Assembly (NCBI GenBank): GCA_963668175.1
Contig: OY764159.1
Span: 3,488,001-3,552,000, forward strand
Length of the DNA: 64,000 bases
Source of the DNA: Syntrophales bacterium
GTDB lineage: Bacteria > Desulfobacterota > Syntrophia > Syntrophales > PHBD01
Reading direction: 5' to 3'
Shown here in pieces: positions 57,126 to 64,000 of this stretch (position 1 is its first letter; the number at the start of each line of letters is the position of its first letter). The notes under the pieces are model-generated. The model ran no database searches and was not told the DNA's origin. It saw nothing but the letters and a program-made list of their open reading frames with translations. A program made the translations under genes and the position numbers.

Positions 57126-57656
57126 ATGCAATCGAACATTCAAGACATGAACATCACGACACTTTCAAAAGAAGAGATTCTCGGTTTCCTCGAAGATGCG
57201 TCTTTAAACTGGCTGGCACATGACGGACTATGGTTCCAGGCCGTGGAAGAAAAATATGGAACGGAAAGCGCGAGCCTGTGCAATCAGAAGGCCATCGCCC
57301 AATACTCCGAGATCGAAGCCAAGCGCATTATGAAACGACTCAAACTTCCCAAGGACGGTGGAATCCCCGCATTGATGACAGCCCTTAAGTTCAGAATGTA
57401 CCATCTCATCAACCGTTCCGATTTCCAGGAAGTTACAGATAATCGCTGTATTTTCAGGATGGTAACCTGCCGGGTACAGAATGCCCGCAAGACGAAAGGC
57501 CTCCCTGATTATCCCTGCAAGCCCGTCGGTATTCAGGAGTACAGTCATTTCGCCCGAACCATCGATCCGCGTATCGAAACACGTTGCATTGACTGCCCCC
57601 CCGATGCACATAGCGATGATTATTGGTGTTCCTGGGAATTCACCTTAAAATTATGA
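57126..57656 (+). CDS. DUF6125-like Cys-rich protein (ATC-hydrolase/V4R-like superfamily)
   Basis: 'WLAHDGLWFQAVE', 'CRVQ..R..KGL..YPCK.VG..EY..FA..IDPRI...C..CPPD.H....WC.WEF'; AGGAGG upstream. Confidence 0.8.
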   Translation: MQSNIQDMNITTLSKEEILGFLEDASLNWLAHDGLWFQAVEEKYGTESASLCNQKAIAQYSEIEAKRIMKRLKLPKDGGIPALMTALKFRMYHLINRSDFQEVTDNRCIFRMVTCRVQNARKTKGLPDYPCKPVGIQEYSHFARTIDPRIETRCIDCPPDAHSDDYWCSWEFTLKL

Positions 57657-57671
57657 GTGAGCGCTCATTTT
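57654..57671. promoter_or_regulatory. TetR-type operator, copy 5 (overlaps the DUF6125-like stop codon, next to the MFS -35)
   Basis: TGAGTGA-GCGC-TCATTTT. Confidence 0.6.
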
Positions 57672-57676
57672 TATAC

Positions 57677-57705
57677 TTGACACGGATCTTTTTTTCGGTT
57701 ATATA
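57677..57705 (+). promoter_or_regulatory. sigma70 promoter candidate for the MFS gene
   Basis: TTGACA, 17-nt spacer, TATATA. Confidence 0.6.
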
Positions 57706-57919
57706 ACTTCAAACGCTAGCCATAGTCCGTTACAATTTTTTTTGGAGTCGGCATAGAGAATTCATGTTCGTTCATTCGTGATTTCTGCTGGCTCCCCCTT
57801 TTGTGCTTGTTTAACACACTGATATGTTACATTTATCCGGATAAATGTTCGATGTGAGGAAGGAGGTGCCCTAAAAAATTAACGCAGACGAGAAAAAAAT
57901 GTTTTTTTTGTGAATAAAC

Positions 57920-57937
57920 TGAGTGAGTGCTCAGTCA
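57920..57937. promoter_or_regulatory. TetR-type operator, copy 6 (MFS leader)
   Basis: TGAGTGA-GTGC-TCAGTCA. Confidence 0.72.
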
Positions 57938-58139
57938 TTATAGCATATGGATTCTGATCGAGACGAATGTCGTCTATGACGCAGTCATCGGAAATGCTAT
58001 CTTCTATCGGGAAAGACCGAATGATAAGCGCTCCTGATATGAGCAAGCATCGTCTGTACTTCAGGCGCAATCGGCTGCTAACAGCGTGAATCATCTGAAA
58101 CACATATACAGATATAAGACTCCGGGAGGTTAAAAGACC

Positions 58140-59486
58140 ATGAGTGACGCAACGAAAAAAATTTGGGGATACCGGTGGTTTATTCTATTTCTCGTATGGT
58201 TTCTCTACCTTATCAATTACTTCGACCGTATCAGCGTACTAACCTTTTTACCGTTCATCCAGAAAGACCTCAGCCTGAGCGCCGTAGAAATCGGTTGGCT
58301 GGGATCCATCTTCTTCTTTGGATATGCCTTCGCGCAGCTTTCGGCAGGCTTCCTGGCCGATAAGATGGGTCCCAAAAAGACGATGAACATCGCAATTTGG
58401 GCATTTACTCTGGTGACTTTCGTGACAGGCTTTGTCCGCACGTTCTGGCAGTTTATCTTCCTCCGTCTCGCTTTGGCTTTAGGTGAAGGGCATCATTATG
58501 TTCCCGCCGTCCGGGCTATCGCAAACTGGTTCCCCCTTGAAGAGAAAGGCCGTGCCTACGGCTACTTCGCCACGACATGGGCCGTTGCCCCGGCCGTTGT
58601 TCCCTTGGTTGTCACCTGGCTTGCAGCATCATTTTTCGGAGGCGCCTGGCGTCCGATTTTCTTCATCCTCGCCATTCCCGGCCTCCTGGGTATCGTTCTC
58701 CTTTGGAAATATTACGATGACTCCCCGAAGAAGACCTTGGACAAAGGCTATCTGTCCAAAAACGAGTATACACTCATCTCTTCTTCCGTCGGCACCGAAG
58801 CGGCAGAACACGGCAAGACTTACAGCACGGCCATCTTCCTGAAAGACCCCCAGTACTACCTTTTTACCGTCGCTTTTTTCATCCTGCTCATGATCTATTG
58901 GGGAATGACCACCTGGATCAGCACCTTTCTCGTCAAAATGCACGGCCTGAATATCAAGACCATGGGATTTTATGCATCCATGCCTTACATCGTCGCCTTC
59001 TTCTCCATGTGGCTTGGCGGTCAGATCGCCGACAAATTGTTCAAGGGAAAGATGAAGATTGTTACGCTGATCGGTTTTCTGGGATGTATCCCCGCTCTCT
59101 ACTTCATCGGACAGGTCCCGAAAGGCGTCGAGAATCAGGGTACGCTTCTGTTATGGCTCGCCATCGGCGGATTTGTCGTAAACTTCCCCTGGGGCGTTAT
59201 GCAGGCTTTTCCCTCCGTCCGTTATCCGAAAGAAGTCGTCGGGCGCGCATTTGGAATCACGAACGGGCTCGGGCAGTTTGGCGCTTTCATTTCACCCATG
59301 ATCGCGGGTTATCTTGTAATCACTCTGCCTGACAAATCGTACGATTTTGCCAATGTGTTTATCTTCTGGTCCGCCTTGGCCTTTGTAGCTGCCATTATGG
59401 TGCTGTTCCTGAAAGAAAAACCGATCGATCATTCCAAATATGAAATACGGGACGCCGTCAAGGTGAGCGAGGCCCCGGCTAAATAG
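58140..59486 (+). CDS. MFS transporter (anion:cation symporter-like)
   Basis: 'RW.ILFLV...YLINYFDR', 'GFLADKMGPKK', 'LRLALALGE', 'WFPLEEKGRA'; about 12 TM helices. Confidence 0.93.
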   Translation: MSDATKKIWGYRWFILFLVWFLYLINYFDRISVLTFLPFIQKDLSLSAVEIGWLGSIFFFGYAFAQLSAGFLADKMGPKKTMNIAIWAFTLVTFVTGFVRTFWQFIFLRLALALGEGHHYVPAVRAIANWFPLEEKGRAYGYFATTWAVAPAVVPLVVTWLAASFFGGAWRPIFFILAIPGLLGIVLLWKYYDDSPKKTLDKGYLSKNEYTLISSSVGTEAAEHGKTYSTAIFLKDPQYYLFTVAFFILLMIYWGMTTWISTFLVKMHGLNIKTMGFYASMPYIVAFFSMWLGGQIADKLFKGKMKIVTLIGFLGCIPALYFIGQVPKGVENQGTLLLWLAIGGFVVNFPWGVMQAFPSVRYPKEVVGRAFGITNGLGQFGAFISPMIAGYLVITLPDKSYDFANVFIFWSALAFVAAIMVLFLKEKPIDHSKYEIRDAVKVSEAPAK

Positions 59487-59513
59487 ATATTCCCTCCTAT
59501 TCCCCTTCAATAT

Positions 59514-59556
59514 CCGGGCAGAAGGTCCTTATACTGCAACCTTCTGCCCGGTTTTT
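59514..59556 (+). terminator. Intrinsic terminator after the MFS gene
   Basis: Perfect 13-bp stem CCGGGCAGAAGGT-N12-ACCTTCTGCCCGG followed by TTTTT. Confidence 0.85.
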
Positions 59557-60295
59557 CCAAGACGAACACTTCAATCATTTCATAAGACACACAACACGGT
59601 TCAAATTGCGGAATAAATCGCAAAAAGACTCGTCGCGGAGAGTGCTGTGTCTGACAAACTCCATGTCTCTCAATCTGTCTGATTTCGGATTGGTTGATAA
59701 CGTATCCGGACAAGAAAGTAACGCTGATGTACGAGGCAGCGAGGACAACGGTCAGGACTTGCTTACGCTGACAAATCTCGCCGCCGTCCTGCATTTTTTC
59801 ATAGAGTGCTCTTCATCCTATTAACATGCCGGCGGTTTTTCCCTTAGAGAACCTTCTGCTCCTATTGTCACAATCTGTTCAACGGTCGCCGCTAACAATG
59901 ACCACCATCCGTATAAAGACCGGCGGCACTTCTCTCACTTCGCTACCCTGTATGCTTTGCACTGTCTTCTTTAACCGTTTTCGACCTCCCGCTTGTCCCT
60001 ACTATTATTGACTAAGCCGTCCATATGCATCCGCTTTCCAGCATTATCTATACTTTCCCCACTCTTCCGGAACGGAAACACCGATGAGGCCATGTTCTCC
60101 ATTGCATCCTTACGATCGCGCGATGCGTTGCGAACAGGCGGCGCCTGCTTCTTTCCCCGGAATACCTAATACCCCGATACTCTCCAACATGCTGCATTAA
60201 TAATGCATTTTCCGGAGAAGAAGAATAATCCTGAGCGCCGGGCAAACTTTTTGGAAAAAAGCCTTGACAGATGATAAATAATCTCGTTAATAATC

Positions 60296-60317
60296 TTGCA
60301 AACAATATTGCTAACAA
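60296..60317. promoter_or_regulatory. Tandem GntR/FCD-type operator candidate
   Basis: TTGCAAACAA-TA-TTGCTAACAA just downstream of TTGACA (60264-60269) in an AT-rich tract upstream of gntR. Confidence 0.5.
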
Positions 60318-60840
60318 TTATGGCGAGGCTTTTGTATGACCATTGGATGCTACGTCCAGCGGGCATTTCACGATGCGGTGTTATGCCCCGGGGCGCAGGC
60401 CTGGTGTTCCGTACTATCATAAGTAGTCTGTTCGGGAGGAACCTGTGCAGTTTATTCGTTCGAGGATAGCAATTTCAGATGCAGAAGCGACGGATCGTTC
60501 TTTTGTCCCGGCATTCGCTATGCACGTCCTTGAAACGGTATGGATGTACCGTAGTTTCCCGAAACGCAAACATCCCGAAGAAACATCTCATGAAGAACCC
60601 GGTTATACGAATCGGCCCATCCGTCATCATGAAAATCCCGACACAACTATTTCCTCAACCGATCCCGTCACCGAGGCGGCCGACAGAATATGTCCGGTCG
60701 TACAAGGCATCTCCGCGCCTCTTGACGGTATAGGTCAGGCGTCTTCGATCTTCGCCGTCAACATTTCAACACTCCATAGTGACCTTCGTTCCACTCTTCC
60801 TCCAGTGAACGGCATCATCGTGTATTCGCCTGAGATTCCC

Positions 60841-60880
60841 ACCGCCATTGCGCCCGGAAGCATCCGGGCGCAATGGCGGT
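60841..60880. repeat. Perfect 18-bp inverted repeat with 4-nt loop
   Basis: ACCGCCATTGCGCCCGGA-AGCA-TCCGGGCGCAATGGCGGT; no U-tract on either strand. Confidence 0.85.
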
Positions 60881-61020
60881 CCGGTATCAAGGCCTCTCAT
60901 TATACAGAGGCAGGACAGGTCGGGGGCTTAAAAATACGGGACGATTATGGACGTTCTCAAGAGCAACAAGGAGCTGTAGGGCTCTGCAAATATCAGTGAG
61001 GTGAATGTTAAGGAAAGCAT

Positions 61021-61674
61021 ATGTTCTCAGCAGACGACATCTACAAAGCAATTCGCGACGAGATATTCGCGGGGAAACTGAATCCGGGGGAACGCCTGGT
61101 TGAAAAGGAGCTGTGCGAACGGCTGCAGACCACCCGCGGGTATGTCCGCGACGCCCTTAAGACTCTCTCCTCGGACGGGTTCGTCGTCATCAACCGGGGA
61201 AAAGGGGCGACCGTCACCAAGATATCCTACCAGGATACGAAAAATCTCTATGAGTTGCTCGCCGTGTTGGAAGCCAAGAGCGCCGAACTTGCCGCACCGA
61301 ATCTGACACCGGCGGACATAGAGTCCATGAAGGCCATCAATGTGAAAATGCATGGATGCATCGGCGCCAAGGACAGGGCTCAGGCGAGACGGGTCTGGCA
61401 GGAGTCCAACCTGGATTTCCACCGCGTACTCGCGGCCAAATCGGGCAATCAGGATCTGGAAGGCCTTGTGGAGAACATCCGCTGGCGCACGTTCGATTTC
61501 CGTTACGTTGTACTCTTCGAGCCCTACTATCCGCTGTTTGTCGAGCAGCACGAGGCGATTATCGAGGTCATAATAAACAAAAATCTTAAAGGGGTGAGAA
61601 AAATGATGGAAACCCATGTGGAAAAGGCATCGGAGGTGCTTTTGCAGGGCTTGGAAAAAATTCACGGTTTTTAG
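61021..61674 (+). CDS. GntR family regulator (FCD ligand domain)
   Basis: 'IRDEIFAGKLNPGERLVEKELCERLQTTRGYVRDAL' wHTH; 'NLDFHRVL...SGN', 'EQHEAII' FCD motifs. Confidence 0.93.
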   Translation: MFSADDIYKAIRDEIFAGKLNPGERLVEKELCERLQTTRGYVRDALKTLSSDGFVVINRGKGATVTKISYQDTKNLYELLAVLEAKSAELAAPNLTPADIESMKAINVKMHGCIGAKDRAQARRVWQESNLDFHRVLAAKSGNQDLEGLVENIRWRTFDFRYVVLFEPYYPLFVEQHEAIIEVIINKNLKGVRKMMETHVEKASEVLLQGLEKIHGF

Positions 61675-61739
61675 AGTGGTCACGTTTCAAACACTATCCC
61701 AAGAATGGTTTTGGACCATGCTTGATGTGAGGTTCTCAG

Positions 61740-62603
61740 ATGACAGAAACAATAATTCAGTTGATTATCAATGGTTTGTTGCTGGGCGGTATTTACGCGC
61801 TGTTCAGCATTGGCTTGACGCTGATCTTTGGAGTGCTGGAAGTCGTCAACTTCGCCCACGGCGAATTCCTGATGCTGAGCATGTATCTCACTTACTTTCT
61901 GTTTCAGCTTTTAGGAATGGATCCTTATGTGAGTCTCATCATCACGATTCCCTCTTTCTTCTTATTCGGCATCATTATAGAAAGACTCATCATCCATCCG
62001 CTGTTGAACGATCCGCCCATCAATCAGATATTTGCCACTATCGGCCTCCAGCTGATTTTCCAGAACCTGGCCCTTTTGTTCTTCAAGGCCGATTTCCGGA
62101 CCGTTAAGACGGATTACAGCAATGCCAACCTTATTTTTGGAGAAATGTTCGTTAGTGTGCCGCGCCTGATCGCCTTTGTCATCGCCGGTCTCCTGATCGT
62201 CGCCCTGTTTCTCTATCTTAAGAATACGTTCACGGGGAAATCGATCCGCGCCTTGGCGCAGCAGAGAAAGGCCGCGATGCTCATGGGCATCGATGTCTAC
62301 AAGACCTATATGATCGCCTTCGGCATCGGTATCGCCTGCGTCGGCGCTGCCGGCTCAATTATGATACCGCTCTATTTCGTTTTCCCGACGGCGGGATCCC
62401 TCTTCGTACTAATCGCCTTTGTCGTCGTCATTCTGGGGGGGTACAACAGCCTGGGCGGCACGCTCGTGGCCGGGCTCATCATCGGAGTCATCGAAGGATT
62501 CAGCGGCTTCTTCATCTCGCCGCATCTGAAGGAAGTCGTGTACTTCATCATGTTCATATTCATCTTAATCTTTAAACCAACCGGGCTGTTTGGAAGACGA
62601 TAG
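61740..62603 (+). CDS. HAAT/Liv-type ABC permease (LivH-like)
   Basis: 'INGLLLGGIYALFSIGLTLIFGVLEVVNFAHGEF', 'GKSIRA', 'KPTGLFG'. Confidence 0.93.
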   Translation: MTETIIQLIINGLLLGGIYALFSIGLTLIFGVLEVVNFAHGEFLMLSMYLTYFLFQLLGMDPYVSLIITIPSFFLFGIIIERLIIHPLLNDPPINQIFATIGLQLIFQNLALLFFKADFRTVKTDYSNANLIFGEMFVSVPRLIAFVIAGLLIVALFLYLKNTFTGKSIRALAQQRKAAMLMGIDVYKTYMIAFGIGIACVGAAGSIMIPLYFVFPTAGSLFVLIAFVVVILGGYNSLGGTLVAGLIIGVIEGFSGFFISPHLKEVVYFIMFIFILIFKPTGLFGRR

Positions 62604-62612
62604 GATAAGACA

Positions 62613-64000
62613 ATGAAACAAATACTGACAAACATCACAGAATTAGGAATTCGTTTCAAGAAACAGTTGATCGTGCTCGCCGCAGCCCTCGTCCTGCTGC
62701 TGCCGTTCCTGTTCGACAACCCGTTCTATCAGGATTTGATGATCATGGTGTTCTTCTGGGCCACCCTCGCGCTGGCGTGGAACCTGCTGGGAGGATTCGC
62801 CGGGCAGATTTCCCTTGGCCATGCGGCTTTCTTCGGCATCGGGGCCTACACGTCCACCATCTTGTACCTGACGTTCGGCATATCGCCCTGGATCGGAATG
62901 ATCGCCGGTGCCGGCATCTCCGTCGTCGTTGCCCTGGCGCTCGGGTACCCTTGTTTCCGGCTGACGAGTCATTTCTTTGCTCTGGCTACCCTCGCCTTCG
63001 GGGAGGTGTTGCGCTTGCTCGCTTCCTTCTGGCGGGACCTGACAAACGGCGGGGTCGGGCTCCTGATACCGTTTGACCCGGGCATCGCGAATTTTATCTT
63101 CGAGGATAAGATCGTTTATGCCTATATCATGCTGGCCATGCTGTTCGGTATTCTGATCATCACTTATCTCTTCAGCAGATCGAGATTCGGATACAGACTG
63201 GTCGCGCTCCGGGAAGACCAGGACGCGGCGGAAAGTCTCGGCGTCAATACGCATCGCTCCAAGATGATGGCCCTGCTTATCAGCGTTGTTTTCACATCCA
63301 TGGCAGGCACATTCTATGCGCAATATTTCGCGTTTATCGATCCCGATATCGTCTTTTCTTCGTCGCTCTCCCTGCAACTGGCCCTGCTGTCGATCATCGG
63401 CGGGGTCGGAACCGTTTTCGGCCCGATTCTCGGCGCTGTCTTCCTGACCCCTCTGGACGTCTTTCTGCGGGGCTGGCTGGGGGGCGTTCTTGCCGGTTTG
63501 AACTTCGTCGTGTATGGCGCCATCCTCATCGTCGCCGTCATGTTCTTCCCCTCGGGCATAGCCGGAGGAATCAAGAAATTCTTCGACAGATTCACAAAGA
63601 AGCCGTCCGGGCAGATATCGGCGGAAAAGACCAGTGCGAAGCCCGTGTGCAAGGTCGAGAGCAAGGACCGGGGGTGCATGGACAATGCGTCGCCCCTGAT
63701 GGTCGTCGATTCCATATCGAAGCGTTTCGGCGGCTTGGAGGCGGTGAAGGACTTGAGTTTCACCGTTTACGAAGGGGAGATTCTCGGTCTCATCGGACCG
63801 AACGGGGCGGGGAAAACGACGGTCTTCAATCTCATCAGCGGCTTTATCGAACCGGACAAAGGCAAAATTTCCTTCGGCGAAAAGGACATTACGAACCTGG
63901 GAATTCCCCACTGTTTTTGCCACGAATGCATTGGAAGGACGTTTCAATTGGTCAAGCCGTTTCAGAAGATGACGGTGACGGAAAACGTTATGGTCGGTGC
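62613..64000 (+). CDS. Fused LivM-type permease / LivG-type ATPase, 3' end outside the window
   Basis: Missing from the ORF track because it has no stop in the window: ATG 62613 MKQILTN...'WNLLGGFAGQISLGHAAFFGIGAY' continues in frame to 'GLIGPNGAGKTT' near 63786. Confidence 0.9.
   Translation, partial: MKQILTNITELGIRFKKQLIVLAAALVLLLPFLFDNPFYQDLMIMVFFWATLALAWNLLGGFAGQISLGHAAFFGIGAYTSTILYLTFGISPWIGMIAGAGISVVVALALGYPCFRLTSHFFALATLAFGEVLRLLASFWRDLTNGGVGLLIPFDPGIANFIFEDKIVYAYIMLAMLFGILIITYLFSRSRFGYRLVALREDQDAAESLGVNTHRSKMMALLISVVFTSMAGTFYAQYFAFIDPDIVFSSSLSLQLALLSIIGGVGTVFGPILGAVFLTPLDVFLRGWLGGVLAGLNFVVYGAILIVAVMFFPSGIAGGIKKFFDRFTKKPSGQISAEKTSAKPVCKVESKDRGCMDNASPLMVVDSISKRFGGLEAVKDLSFTVYEGEILGLIGPNGAGKTTVFNLISGFIEPDKGKISFGEKDITNLGIPHCFCHECIGRTFQLVKPFQKMTVTENVMVG

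Noticed and set aside
59507..59824. Short ORFs 59507..59794 (-) and 59606..59824 (+)
   Set aside because: No recognisable motifs; the first runs through the MFS terminator hairpin.
1..64000. tRNA, rRNA, CRISPR arrays, selenocysteine read-through, phage or defence genes
   Set aside because: None recognised by eye and no identified gene appears interrupted by an in-frame TGA; tRNAscan, Infernal and CRISPR finders were not run.

Overview
A 64-kb, gene-dense catabolic region from an anaerobic Gram-negative bacterium. Gene content (deltaproteobacterial-type porin, FG-GAP protein, sigma54 activator, radical dehydratases) suggests Desulfobacterota/Syntrophales, which is an inference. Four blocks are visible. 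(1) 1-12.6 kb, + strand: a TRAP transporter, a But-type CoA-transferase, 2-hydroxyacyl-CoA dehydratase with its activator, an FMN-dependent FabK/IpdC-like reductase, hbd, crt, thiolase and 4-hydroxybutyryl-CoA dehydratase. Together these map onto a redox-neutral route from 2,4-dihydroxybutyrate to two acetates. (2) 13-39.3 kb, - strand: an ester/lipid utilisation locus with two exported type-B carboxylesterases, a porin, a beta-propeller protein, a Liv-type ABC transporter, a Gct-type CoA-transferase (beta subunit frameshifted), beta-oxidation enzymes, two about 85%-identical TetR paralogues and a sensor-less sigma54 activator with two candidate sigma54 promoters. (3) 40-59.5 kb: a TetR regulon marked by six copies of an 18-bp palindrome. 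It joins an acetoin-dehydrogenase-like E1/E2/E3 complex, lipAB and diol dehydrogenases to a heteromeric acyl-CoA dehydrogenase, a class III CoA-transferase, an MFS permease and two Cys-rich proteins of unknown function. (4) 60-64 kb: gntR and a second Liv-type ABC transporter, truncated by the window edge. An IS481-like remnant lies near 39.5 kb. No rRNA, tRNA or CRISPR array was seen. All calls come from motif recognition by eye; no database searches were run.
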